This document shows, in pieces, positions 26,901 to 35,144 of a DNA stretch of 35,198 nt. The translations under genes were made by a program, and so were the position numbers. The stretch spans positions 1 through 35,198 of the forward strand of contig CBDUBO010000001.1 of the NCBI GenBank assembly GCA_965365405.1. The letters run 5' to 3'. The DNA is from an uncultured Rhodothermales bacterium. GTDB lineage: Bacteria; Bacteroidota; Rhodothermia; Rhodothermales; BA12. How positions within the stretch are numbered: position 1 is the first letter of the stretch; each line of letters opens with the position of its first letter. The notes under the pieces were generated by a model. It was given only the letters and a program-made list of their open reading frames with translations, did not search any database and was not told where the DNA came from.

Positions 26901-27329
26901 ACGTACGTGAGCAACAACGTCGAGCGGTTGAACCTGTACCGCCGAATCGCGGAAGCGCAGACCTCTCAGGATCTGACCGCCATTCACGACGAACTGGCCG
27001 ACCGCTTCGGACCGCCGCCCGCAGAAGTCACCCACCTGCTCAGCGCGGCCCAGCTCCGGCTGATGGCGCAACAGCTCCGACTGCCCAAAGTGCAGTTCAA
27101 AAACCAGCGCCTGTTTCTCGACACCCCCGACCCGGACGCTGACACCTTTTTCTACGACACGCTTTTTCAGCCGCTGCTGGCCCGGCTAGAAGGGCTTGAT
27201 CGCCGCTACGTACTCAAAGACGTAGGGCGCAAGCTCCGCATCATCATCCAAGCCGTACCAAGTCTCACGCAGGCCGGGGAAGTGCTAGGCCGGCTGCTCC
27301 CCATCGAGGCAGAAGTCTCCGTCCCATGA
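23985..27329 (+). CDS. mfd: Transcription-repair coupling factor Mfd
   Basis: Motifs: LFGDEIDSIREFDPTTQRS, CarD-like FVVHIDHGIGKF, helicase motifs DRLVCGDVGFGKTEVA, VLDEEQRFGV, LTATPIPRTL, QLRGRVGRS, and a TRCF C-domain. The start is uncertain. The ORF opens at 23763 inside murQ. In-frame GTGs are at 23868 and 23985; 23985 matches E. coli Mfd spacing to the FFDDEID motif, but high GC3 upstream keeps 23868 possible. Confidence 0.96.
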   Translation: MTLRDAYRRLLSTTSFASLRDTLGTSVRTIHVREAAGSAPAFIVAGLVARGAAPLAVCLLPEEDAARYLLGDLEQLVAAGVRILHLPPSGLHPYDEEHVPDTRALVERSETLQQLADGFSGVLVVSAEALYERVASQQHVEKEATRLKVGQTIDLQALLARLEGQGFQRTEFVEAPGELAVRGGLLDVYPYAGDYPVRIELFGDEIDSIREFDPTTQRSVSRLETTRLLPNLDVQHGRGEATSLFAHLPEDVLFVTFDESRVVENVGKLHDAAAEAYAAGTSPHRPHPDTLYLTRSEVEAALRKRRRVLFGLPDVQAEQVLAFGAGPQPPFNAKMEPLRQDLAAKAAQDLLVSILCDTAGQRARLADLLEKSLEAGQVEIENATLHEGFVLAEAGFALYTDHQIFNRYHRPTSHRSRQRVGGLSLRDLQNLTPGDFVVHIDHGIGKFAGMQTITVREKQQEAVRLIFAGGDTLYVNVNALYKLSRFTSQEGHQPQLTKLGSGAWERTKARTKKRVKDIARDLIALYARRLSSKGHRFPADTLWQRELEASFEFEDTPDQAAAAEAVKEDMQKPVPMDRLVCGDVGFGKTEVAVRAAFKAVQDGKQACVLVPTTILAKQHYQTFVRRLAGYPVRIEVLSRFRTATEQRDVLAKLASGEVDIVIGTQRLASKDIKFKNLGLLVLDEEQRFGVGVKERLRQLRAEVDTLTLTATPIPRTLQFSLMGARDLSIIRTPPPNRQPIITEIHSFDQKLIRDAILYETSRGGQVFFIHNRVQSIDEMATMIQAIVPGIRVVVAHGQMKASDLETVMMDFEDRKFDVLVSTNIIESGLDISNANTILINHAERFGLAEIHQLRGRVGRSDRKAYCYLLVTSIHALTREARQRLQAVEEFSDLGSGFNIAMRDLDIRGAGNLLGAEQSGFVAELGFEAYQRILEEAVQELRHDEFADLFAGQPPPRASETTLDVEEDALLPATYVSNNVERLNLYRRIAEAQTSQDLTAIHDELADRFGPPPAEVTHLLSAAQLRLMAQQLRLPKVQFKNQRLFLDTPDPDADTFFYDTLFQPLLARLEGLDRRYVLKDVGRKLRIIIQAVPSLTQAGEVLGRLLPIEAEVSVP

Positions 27330-27464
27330 AACACCACTCTCCGGGTCGTGGGGTCGGAAAAACGACGCGCATATTTCGCTTCTGCGGCCCGATCATGCCT
27401 GGTTACAGCTTTCGCATAGCCCGGCTTGCGCGCCTGACGAAGAGCCCGGAAACGCCGAATGCAC

Positions 27465-28460
27465 TCAGGATTGCACCGCCACGCCTTCTTGGTACAACGC
27501 TTGCAGCCTGGCGGCCTGCTCCTGCATGAGTGTGCGTAGTTCTGCCGGCTCTACTACTTCCGCCTCGGCTCCGTAGCGCAGCAGCATCTGGGCTACGTAC
27601 GACAGATTCTCAAAGTAAAACACCACTTCGTGTGCTCCATCAAGTTCTCTGTCCTCTTCGATGCGGGCTGGGATAGCGCGCCGGGCCCATCGATACACGT
27701 CGTTTGAGAAGCGTACCGCAATGCGCCTGTTCTCGATATTTGCGCCGCGCTCCTCCAGGTGCTCAGCGAGGTCGAACCCAGCGGGTCGCTCGAAACGCTC
27801 GCTCAGCACCCGCATCCACCGGATAGAATCCAGCCGAAAGTTGCGAATGTCTTTGCGGAGGTGGTCGTAGGCGATCAGGTTCCAGTGATCGGTGTAATAC
27901 ACCAATCCAAGCGGATCAATGGTACGCCGCGTCACTTCGTCGCGCGATGCTACGTGATACTCCATGATTACCGGTCGCTGCCGCGCGACCGCTTCACTCA
28001 GTTCGTACCACTTGCCGTCCTCTTCATTGCTCGCTTCGATGGTGTGTAGCCAGTATGGATCAAGCACGGTACTGCCCCGGAGCCGCTCGACGTAATCGCC
28101 CACTTCACGTGGTAGCACCTGCTGGATTTTCAGGGCCACATTGTCCGCGTCTTTTCGGAGCGAAGCATCCGGCTGGAGCTTCATGAAAGCTGTACCGATC
28201 AAAAGCGTGGCTGCCTCACGCGCAGTCAGCATGAGTGGCGGGAGCTGATAGCCTTCGAGGATCTCATATCCTCCACCCTCTGCATACGTCAGCGGAACGC
28301 CTGATTCTGACAGCGCGCGCAGATCGCGAAAGATCGTTCGGCGGCTCACGCCAAAGTGTTTGGCCAAGTCACGCGAGGTCATGTTGGGCCGTGTCTGCAG
28401 CAGCAGCACGAGCGAGAAAAGACGCTCCGTTCGGTTGAGAACCCGCTCTGCGTTGGCCAT
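27465..28460 (-). CDS. HTH-WYL-WCX transcriptional regulator (YafY / PafBC / DriD / BrxR-CapW type)
   Basis: 331 aa. N-terminal wHTH: RLFSLVLLLQTRPNMTSRDLAKHFGVSRRTIFRDLRAL. WYL domain at aa ~162-219: PVIMEYHV...RTIDPLGLVYYTDHWNLIAYDHLRKDIRNFRLDSI. C-terminal WCX-like domain: IAVRFSNDV...VVFYFENLSYVAQMLLRYGAEAEVVEP. Confidence 0.85.
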   Translation of the reverse strand: MANAERVLNRTERLFSLVLLLQTRPNMTSRDLAKHFGVSRRTIFRDLRALSESGVPLTYAEGGGYEILEGYQLPPLMLTAREAATLLIGTAFMKLQPDASLRKDADNVALKIQQVLPREVGDYVERLRGSTVLDPYWLHTIEASNEEDGKWYELSEAVARQRPVIMEYHVASRDEVTRRTIDPLGLVYYTDHWNLIAYDHLRKDIRNFRLDSIRWMRVLSERFERPAGFDLAEHLEERGANIENRRIAVRFSNDVYRWARRAIPARIEEDRELDGAHEVVFYFENLSYVAQMLLRYGAEAEVVEPAELRTLMQEQAARLQALYQEGVAVQS

Positions 28461-28475
28461 ATGCGCGCGTGTAGG

Positions 28476-29162
28476 CTAGCCGGTAATATATCCGCCCGGC
28501 GCTGCGGATTCCTCGCTTGCACATACGTCCGGCGTGACCGATACCACAAATTTATTGGTGTAGTAGGGGTCCGGACTCGCGATGGGCCTCACCTCCCACC
28601 GCACTTTCAGGGATGCGAGTTCAGACACTTCATCGGCCAGATCCCCACCCTTTAGGCAGATTAAACCGGCAGGCCAGTAGCTTGCGGGGGCTTCTACAGG
28701 CTCTGCATTCGGGGCATGCCAGCCCCAAAGCGTCCGCAGCGAAGCCGTCGCCCGCGATACACTGTGACTATGCTGCGTGGAAAACGCTTCTGCCCGCCCG
28801 TGCCATCCCTCGCCGTTAGGCAGATCAAGGGTGCGCAACATCTGCCGCACAGCCAAGATTTTCTTTTCCACGCCGTCCACCCCGATGAACCTTACACCTG
28901 GGAAGAGAATGGCCAGTGGAATCAAGGGCAGGCCACCCCCGGTGCCCCAGTCCACTACTGTAGAGCCCAAAGGGAAAGATCGCGTCCCCAAATACAGGCA
29001 GTGGGCTACGTGACGATCGAGTATAAATGGCTCTTCCTCACGAGAGACGAGGTTGATCCGTGTATTGTAGAACCGCAATAGATCTGCGTAAGCGCGCAAC
29101 TTGTGCTCTTTCTCGTCCCCCGAGATTCCGAGCCCAGCTAGCACCCGCTCGAATGCACTCAT
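28476..29162 (-). CDS. rsmG: 16S rRNA (guanine527-N7)-methyltransferase RsmG (GidB)
   Basis: 228 aa. Motifs: NLVSREEEPFILDRHVAHCL, and SAM motif VVDWGTGGGLPLIPLAILFP. The ATG overlaps the mnmG stop (ATGA at 29159-29162). Confidence 0.93.
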   Translation of the reverse strand: MSAFERVLAGLGISGDEKEHKLRAYADLLRFYNTRINLVSREEEPFILDRHVAHCLYLGTRSFPLGSTVVDWGTGGGLPLIPLAILFPGVRFIGVDGVEKKILAVRQMLRTLDLPNGEGWHGRAEAFSTQHSHSVSRATASLRTLWGWHAPNAEPVEAPASYWPAGLICLKGGDLADEVSELASLKVRWEVRPIASPDPYYTNKFVVSVTPDVCASEESAAPGGYITG

Positions 29163-31057
29163 CCCTGGCCCGATGTTTCATGTGAAACACTTTCTCGCCG
29201 CTGACCTCTCCGTACCAGCACGGATAGCGCAGCCACATCCGAAGGAGTCACACCACTGATGCGAGCCGCCTGCCCCAGAGACGGAGGCCGCACACGCGCG
29301 AGTTTCTCCCTGGCTTCGGCTGAAAGACTCGTCGCTCGGTCGAAATCAAAAGACGCGGGAATAGCAATGCGCTCCATGTTTCGCATCTGATCTACCGCCT
29401 CGCGCTCGCGGGTGATGTAGGGCGCGTACTTCATCTCGATCTCGGCTCGAACAATCGCCTCGGAGTTGAACGCGGTCCCCGGCAAGCAGGCGAGCAAAGG
29501 GGCCAACTGCACTTCCGGGCGTGCGACCAACCTCGCCAGTCGAGTGGGGGCACTAATGGGCTCCGTTCCAGCAGATACCAAGTAACCATTGACTTCTTCA
29601 GGAGCAAGATTTTGCTCGTTTGCGAAAGCGATCACCGCGTTCTTGGAGTCAACAGCATGTGTCAGCCGCTGCATGCGGGCTTGACAGACGAGACCTAACG
29701 AATCTGCAAGCCCCGTCAGGCGCTCATCTGCGTTGTCTTGCCGGAGAAGCATCCGGTATTCGGCGCGCGAGGTGAACATCCGGTAGGGTTCATCTGTCCC
29801 TTTCGAAACCAGGTCGTCAATCAAGACGCCGATGTACGCCTGGGCCCGGTCGAGCACGATGCCTTCATGGCCCTTCAACCGTTGCACCGCGTTGATGCCT
29901 GCCATCAACCCCTGTGCAGCGGCTTCCTCGTAGCCCGTCGTTCCGTTGATCTGCCCGGCGAAAAAGAGGCCCTCTACAAGTTTGGTCTCCAGCGTATACC
30001 GCAGTTGATGTGGTGGGAAGAAATCGTACTCGATGGCATACCCAGGGCGAAGAAAGTGGGCTTGCTCAAACCCGGCGACTTTACGCAGCGCTGCAAACTG
30101 AACCTCTTCGGGTAGACTAGTCGAGAACCCGTTTACGTAAACCTCGTGTGTATTCCAGCCTTCCGGCTCAACGAAGATCTGGTGGCGATCTCGGTCAGCG
30201 AAGCGCACCACTTTGTCCTCGACCGAGGGACAGTAGCGCGGCCCCTGCCCTTCGATGCGGCCAGCAAACATAGGGCTTCGGCTAAATCCCTTTTGCAGTT
30301 CCTCGTGCACAGAAGGGTTGGTATACGTAATCCAACAGGGAAGCTGCTCCCCCGACAGATCGTCCGTCAGAAAGGAGAAGGGGGCGGCTCGGGGATCGCC
30401 GGGCTGCTCCTCCATGCGCGTGTAGTCGAGGGAGCGTCCGTCAATGCGGGGCGGCGTGCCGGTCTTCAACCGTCCAGAGGAAAAGCCCAGCTTCTGTAAG
30501 GCCGCCGTCAGCCCTGTGCTTGCACCCTCTCCCATGCGCCCCCCTCCGAAGCTGCGCTCTCCTACGTGAATGAGGCCGTTCATGAACGTGCCGCTGGTAA
30601 GCACTACCGAAGGTGCGTAGAACACCTGACCCAACTGGGTGACTACTCCTTTGACCGCGCCGGCCTCCACGACGAGATCCAGCGCCGTATCGGCCCGCAT
30701 GAAAAGACCCTTCGTGTCTTCCAGCATCTGCCGCACCACGAGCGCATACTGCGCCCGATCGCACTGCGCCCGCGGGCTCCAGACGGCGGGGCCTTTGCGC
30801 TGGTTGAGCATCCGGAACTGGAGTCCCGACTGATCGGCGGCCAGCCCCATCAGCCCGCCCATTGCATCCACCTCGCGCACGATCTGTCCCTTACCGATGC
30901 CACCGATGGCCGGGTTGCAGGACATCTGACCGATGCGGTCGAGGTTCATAGTGAGCAGAAGCGTACGGGCTCCCATACGCGCAGCAGCCGCAGCGGCCTC
31001 GGCCCCCGCGTGCCCTCCTCCGACTACGATAACGTCGTACGTGAAGTAGCTCATCAT
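29159..31057 (-). CDS. mnmG: tRNA uridine 5-carboxymethylaminomethyl modification enzyme MnmG (GidA)
   Basis: 632 aa. FAD motif YDVIVVGGGHAGAEAA, then GQMSCNPAIGGIGKGQIVREVDAMGG, and PRYCPSVEDKV. Confidence 0.98.
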   Translation of the reverse strand: MMSYFTYDVIVVGGGHAGAEAAAAAARMGARTLLLTMNLDRIGQMSCNPAIGGIGKGQIVREVDAMGGLMGLAADQSGLQFRMLNQRKGPAVWSPRAQCDRAQYALVVRQMLEDTKGLFMRADTALDLVVEAGAVKGVVTQLGQVFYAPSVVLTSGTFMNGLIHVGERSFGGGRMGEGASTGLTAALQKLGFSSGRLKTGTPPRIDGRSLDYTRMEEQPGDPRAAPFSFLTDDLSGEQLPCWITYTNPSVHEELQKGFSRSPMFAGRIEGQGPRYCPSVEDKVVRFADRDRHQIFVEPEGWNTHEVYVNGFSTSLPEEVQFAALRKVAGFEQAHFLRPGYAIEYDFFPPHQLRYTLETKLVEGLFFAGQINGTTGYEEAAAQGLMAGINAVQRLKGHEGIVLDRAQAYIGVLIDDLVSKGTDEPYRMFTSRAEYRMLLRQDNADERLTGLADSLGLVCQARMQRLTHAVDSKNAVIAFANEQNLAPEEVNGYLVSAGTEPISAPTRLARLVARPEVQLAPLLACLPGTAFNSEAIVRAEIEMKYAPYITREREAVDQMRNMERIAIPASFDFDRATSLSAEAREKLARVRPPSLGQAARISGVTPSDVAALSVLVRRGQRRESVSHETSGQG

Positions 31058-31114
31058 TGCATACCTGCTTGGTTATACCCCAAGGGCCTTTGCCCGCCCA
31101 AACCGCGCGCCGTG

Positions 31115-32476
31115 CTATTTACCGATACAGAAGCGCGAAAAAATTTGATCCAGCACCTGTTCGTTGGTGATGGCGCCTGTGATGCAGCCGAGTTCGTGAA
31201 GCGCCAGCTTGAGATCAGCTGCCAGCACCTCCCCCGACAGATTCGCCTCAAGTGCCTCGCGCGCCCGTTCCACGGCCTGGGCGGCGCGGCCCAGATGCGC
31301 ACGGTGCCGGGCGTTGGTCACCACGGGCGAACCTTCGGGGTGCGCGCTCATCTCTGTAGCGCGCAGAAGGGCCGCAATCAGCGCGTCGAGTTCGTGTGGT
31401 TCTGGCCGCATGGCGACTACCTGAAGATGGTCGGACGCTACCGGCGGGTGCACCAAGTCACATTTGTTAGCTACGACTACGATGGGCACATCCGGTCTGC
31501 TGGCCCGAAGCATCTCGACGTACTGTGATTCTTCTGGCGTGAAGCCCACCCCGGCGTCATACACGTAGACCACCTGCTCGGCCTGGGAAAGCAGCACGTG
31601 CGCCCGGCTGACACCTTCGGCTTCCACAGCGTCGGCCGTCTCGCGCAATCCGGCCGTGTCGGTAAAGACGAAACGCAGTCCCCCGATTTCCGCCTCCGCC
31701 TCCACGTGGTCACGCGTGGTACCGGGCAGAGGGCTCACGATGGCCCGGTCGTAGCCGACGAGCCGGTTGAGCAGCGTGGATTTGCCGGCATTGGGCCGCC
31801 CGGCAATCACGACCCGCACGCCATCGCGGACGAGCCGACCGAACCTGTACGAAGCCTGAAGCTCGGCCAACACTGTACGGGCCTTTTCGAGCAGAGCCAT
31901 CACCTCATCCCGTGCGGCAAATGCTACGTCCTCCTCGGAAAAGTCCAGCTCCAATTCGATGAGGGCCGTCACCGTGAGTAGCTCTTCCCGTAGCGCGGCA
32001 AGACGCTCCGAATACGCACCCCGCAGTTGGGAAACAGACACTTCGTGTGCCCGCGTGGACGAAGCATGGATGAGATCCGCGATGGCTTCGGCCTGCGCCA
32101 GGTCCATCTTGCCGTTGAGAAAGGCGCGCTGCGTGAACTCGCCGGGCTCGGCTGGCCGCGCGCCGGCAGCCACGAGCGCCTCCAGCACGAGGTGCGGCGC
32201 AAGGTCCCCCCCGTGGCACGTGAACTCTACCACGTCCTCCCCCGTGGAGGAGCGTGGGGCGCGAAAAACCGTCGCTACCACCTGATCGAGCGTCTGGCCC
32301 TCATGCACGACGTACCCCACATGAGCTGTATGCGAGGCCACCTGAGCCAGACCCGATCCTCTGAAGCAGCGCGCCGCCAAACTGCACGCCTGCGAGCCGG
32401 ACACGCGCACGATGGCCAGCGCGGCCTGGCCCCGCGCCGTGGCAATCGCTGCTATCGTGTCGGTACCGGGCAGCAT
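31115..32476 (-). CDS. mnmE: tRNA modification GTPase MnmE (TrmE)
   Basis: ATG 32476 gives MLPGTDTIAAIATARGQAALAIVRVSG; the ORF-track start at 32515 adds 13 aa. G-domain motifs: GRPNAGKSTLLNRL, DTAGLRE, NKCD. C-terminal FCIGK. Confidence 0.96.
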   Translation of the reverse strand: MLPGTDTIAAIATARGQAALAIVRVSGSQACSLAARCFRGSGLAQVASHTAHVGYVVHEGQTLDQVVATVFRAPRSSTGEDVVEFTCHGGDLAPHLVLEALVAAGARPAEPGEFTQRAFLNGKMDLAQAEAIADLIHASSTRAHEVSVSQLRGAYSERLAALREELLTVTALIELELDFSEEDVAFAARDEVMALLEKARTVLAELQASYRFGRLVRDGVRVVIAGRPNAGKSTLLNRLVGYDRAIVSPLPGTTRDHVEAEAEIGGLRFVFTDTAGLRETADAVEAEGVSRAHVLLSQAEQVVYVYDAGVGFTPEESQYVEMLRASRPDVPIVVVANKCDLVHPPVASDHLQVVAMRPEPHELDALIAALLRATEMSAHPEGSPVVTNARHRAHLGRAAQAVERAREALEANLSGEVLAADLKLALHELGCITGAITNEQVLDQIFSRFCIGK

Positions 32477-32592
32477 CAGGTGGTAGAGCTTAACAGAGGA
32501 TGGCGGCGGAGCCATGTAGCAGCTGCTTCCCGTTCATGCCCCCGCTTCCGCCGAGGATGGAGTGCGGCTTCGCTCCAAGCCGACCCGGGAGG

Positions 32593-34377
32593 TCAGCGGC
32601 GGCGCGTGCGTCCGTTGGCCGCAATGGCCGGCTGCTTACGCGGCGTGCGCGGGTTGGCCGGCGGGGTCTTTGTTGCCTTTCCACCGAGGGCAGGCGCCGG
32701 TTCGTTCTCCATCTGCTTGTTGATCCACCACTGCTGTAGCGCCGACAGGACGTTGTAGCACAGGTAGTAGAGGCTCAGGCCCGCCGCCTGTTTGTTGAAA
32801 AACAGGAAGAGCATCACGGGCATCAGATACACGAACATCTGCATCTGCGGGTTCGCAGGCTGCGAGCGCATCTGAATGCGCATCTGCACAACAAGCGAAA
32901 GACCCATCAGAAGCGTGAAGCCAGCGACGAAATTGCCGTAGAGGGGAAGCGAGAAGGGCAGGTGCAGAATGGCGTCCGGAGCCGAAAGGTCGGCCGCCCA
33001 CAGGAAAGGCTCCTGCCGAATCTCGATGGCCTGCGGCAGAAACATCCACAGCGCGATCAGGATGGGGTACTGAAGCAGCATGGGCAGGCATCCGCCCAGC
33101 GGGTTCACCTTCGCCTCGCGGTACAGGCTCATCACAGCCTGCTGCTGCTTCTGCGGATCGTCCTTGTGCTTCTCCTTGATCAACTCCATCTGCGGCTGGA
33201 GCTTGCGCATCCGCGCCATGCTGCGGAAAGACGCCCGCTGGAGCGGATGCGTGACCAGCTTGATCAGGAAAGCGAAAATGATGATGATGAGCCCGTAGTT
33301 CGAGATGAACGTGCTCAGAAGGGTGAAAACGGGGATGAAGACGAAACGGGCGATGGGCCGCGTGATGGACTCAAAGAAGTCCCATCCATAATCCACCATG
33401 TCGTACAAGCCCAGGTCGTAGCCCTTGATGCGGTCGTACTCCATGGGGCCCAGGTAGAGGCGGTAACGCTGCGCTGCGTCCGTCACCGGCATCTCCAATC
33501 GCACAGCGAAATCTTCGGTCACCTCCGGGTCGTCCACTTCTCCATCCCGCACGCCTTCGATGTGCGCCGCCGACGTTTCCCCGGACGGGATGATAACGGC
33601 AGCGAAATACTTGCTCCGCACCGCCACCCAGTCCACCAGCCCTGTAAGCGTCTGCGACTCGGCGGCATCCGAGACGAGCAGTACTTCCTCCACGTCGCCG
33701 CCGCTACGCCCGTACGCGCCTGAGCGCCGGATTTCCTCTTCCTTCGACTCCTCGGTAAACGGAATCGCCCCTTCCCACACCACGTCGTAACCATCCCGAG
33801 TCATGAACTGGGCGCTGTTCAGCTGCGCTACCTCCCAGCCCAGTTCGTACGAACCCGGCTTGAAGGTGTACGTCTGGCGCAACACCCCACCACTCAGCGA
33901 GGCCTCGAACGCCAGGCTTACCGAATCTCCTACCACACGCAGCGTGTCGCCGCTGAAAGAAGGTTCGAAAAAGAGACGCCGCGTATCGACGTTTCGGCTG
34001 CGCGGCGTGGTGAACTGGAGCGAGAGCGCACCTGCCTGAGCAGAATCCACGAGTTGGACGGGCGTCGCGCGGTCAGCCTTGAGGTAGTTCTTGAGCTGGA
34101 ATGAGACGAGGGTACCGCCCTGTGTGGAGAACGTCGCCGTGTAGAGGTCACTATCCACCGTCACCAGACGTGCATCGCCCCGCGTGGCAGCACCGAGCGT
34201 GGTGTCGAGCGGGGCTTCAACGGTCGCGGCCAGCGCTTCAGGGGCCGGCTCTACCACCATCGAGTCCTCAATAGCCGCCTGGCTCGTGGGCGGCGGCGGG
34301 GGCGGCTGGAAAAAATAGAGCCACCCGAAGAGAATCAGGGTGATGAGAACGGTGGCAATTACAGCGTTCCGATCCAC
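32593..34377 (-). CDS. yidC: Membrane protein insertase YidC
   Basis: GTG start at 34375-34377. N-terminal TM, large periplasmic P1 domain, then the conserved core NYGLIIIIFAFLIKLVTHPL and NPLGGCLPMLLQYPILIALW. The C-terminal tail is basic. Confidence 0.95.
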   Translation of the reverse strand: MDRNAVIATVLITLILFGWLYFFQPPPPPPTSQAAIEDSMVVEPAPEALAATVEAPLDTTLGAATRGDARLVTVDSDLYTATFSTQGGTLVSFQLKNYLKADRATPVQLVDSAQAGALSLQFTTPRSRNVDTRRLFFEPSFSGDTLRVVGDSVSLAFEASLSGGVLRQTYTFKPGSYELGWEVAQLNSAQFMTRDGYDVVWEGAIPFTEESKEEEIRRSGAYGRSGGDVEEVLLVSDAAESQTLTGLVDWVAVRSKYFAAVIIPSGETSAAHIEGVRDGEVDDPEVTEDFAVRLEMPVTDAAQRYRLYLGPMEYDRIKGYDLGLYDMVDYGWDFFESITRPIARFVFIPVFTLLSTFISNYGLIIIIFAFLIKLVTHPLQRASFRSMARMRKLQPQMELIKEKHKDDPQKQQQAVMSLYREAKVNPLGGCLPMLLQYPILIALWMFLPQAIEIRQEPFLWAADLSAPDAILHLPFSLPLYGNFVAGFTLLMGLSLVVQMRIQMRSQPANPQMQMFVYLMPVMLFLFFNKQAAGLSLYYLCYNVLSALQQWWINKQMENEPAPALGGKATKTPPANPRTPRKQPAIAANGRTRRR

Positions 34378-34437
34378 AGGCGAGGGGGAGATTGCGGGGC
34401 CTACACGGCCTCCGTATGTCCAAAAAAATCAGGCGCG

Positions 34438-34872
34438 CTACGCAGCACCCGTGGGCGTGTTGCGCGAATCTTCGGTGCGCAGCACGTGCGCGAGCTGGCC
34501 CAGCAGCGGAGGCAGGTCGCGGGCCACGCTAGCGTAGAGGTTTTGCTCGGTTCCGCGGTAGAGGATACCCAGCGTGAGCCCATCCGGCCGACGCGAAAAG
34601 AGGTCTACCAGATCCTGCTGATGCAGGCGGTAGACCTCTCGAAGCGTGCGGCGAATGCGGTTGCGGAGAACGGCCCCCTTTCTACGTCCAGGTAGCAAGG
34701 CAACCTGAACCCGCGCGCCTGCCGGCATCTCGGAAGTGGGCACGATGCGGTAGAGCAAACGCACTGTACCACGCGCCAACGTGTGGGAAGCAGTACGGCG
34801 GAAAAGCGGTGTGAGCAGCGCCCGCCGCTTGAGCCGGCTGAGGCGCGGAAAGCGGCCGCCCGCCCCAGTCAC
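34438..34872 (-). CDS. rnpA: Ribonuclease P protein component
   Basis: GTG start overlaps the rpmH stop (GTGA). Motifs: [17 protein letters not shown] and the RNR motif [14 protein letters not shown]. It holds the canonical position between rpmH and yidC. Confidence 0.9.
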   Translation of the reverse strand: MTGAGGRFPRLSRLKRRALLTPLFRRTASHTLARGTVRLLYRIVPTSEMPAGARVQVALLPGRRKGAVLRNRIRRTLREVYRLHQQDLVDLFSRRPDGLTLGILYRGTEQNLYASVARDLPPLLGQLAHVLRTEDSRNTPTGAA

Positions 34873-35024
34873 TTGCCGGGGCGCGTGTCGGTCACTGACA
34901 GGTTCTTGCGCCCCCGCGCGCGGCGGCGGTTGAGCACACGGCGACCATTTTTCGTCGCCATGCGCGAGCGGAAGCCGTGCGTGTTGGCACGCTTGCGGCG
35001 GCTGGGCTGGTAAGTCCGTTTCAT
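34869..35024 (-). CDS. rpmH: 50S ribosomal protein L34
   Basis: ATG at 35022-35024 gives [44 protein letters not shown]... The ORF-track start at 35171 is an unsupported upstream extension that would run into the tRNA. Confidence 0.97.
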   Translation of the reverse strand: MKRTYQPSRRKRANTHGFRSRMATKNGRRVLNRRRARGRKNLSVTDTRPGK

Positions 35025-35065
35025 GACGGGAAGGGTAACTGTAAGAGTTTCAGCACAAAGGGCCT

Positions 35066-35073
35066 CAAAGATA
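35066..35073 (-). promoter_or_regulatory. Candidate Bacteroidota-type -7 box (TATCTTTG on the minus strand) for rpmH-rnpA
   Basis: The plus strand reads CAAAGATA, which is TATCTTTG on the minus strand, 41 nt upstream of the rpmH ATG. Confidence 0.4.
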
Positions 35074-35103
35074 CGGCCACTCTGCCCCGCCCCGCCCACC
35101 ACC

Positions 35104-35134
35104 TTGACATTCACAGAAAACGGGCGTAGGTTTG
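35104..35134 (+). promoter_or_regulatory. Candidate promoter for tRNA-Gly: TTGACA, 17 nt, then TAGGTTTG
   Basis: TTGACA at 35104-35109. TAGGTTTG (exact TAnnTTTG) at 35127-35134, ending 10 nt before the mature tRNA 5' end. Confidence 0.45.
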
Positions 35135-35144
35135 CCGCCCGATC

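Noticed and set aside
27326-27529. 67-aa ORF overlapping the mfd stop and running into the WYL gene's 3' end
   Set aside because: I saw no motifs. It overlaps two supported genes, and its composition is consistent with a chance ORF in the convergent spacer.
27300-31100. Lower-GC patches (some 60-nt lines ~45-55% GC in the WYL, rsmG and mnmG genes, versus ~68-77% in the GT4 region) as evidence of a horizontally acquired island
   Set aside because: The low-GC stretches include universally conserved housekeeping genes (mnmG, rsmG), and other lines in the same genes reach ~67%. The pattern looks like gene-to-gene heterogeneity rather than an island boundary. It would need a proper sliding-window and codon-usage analysis.
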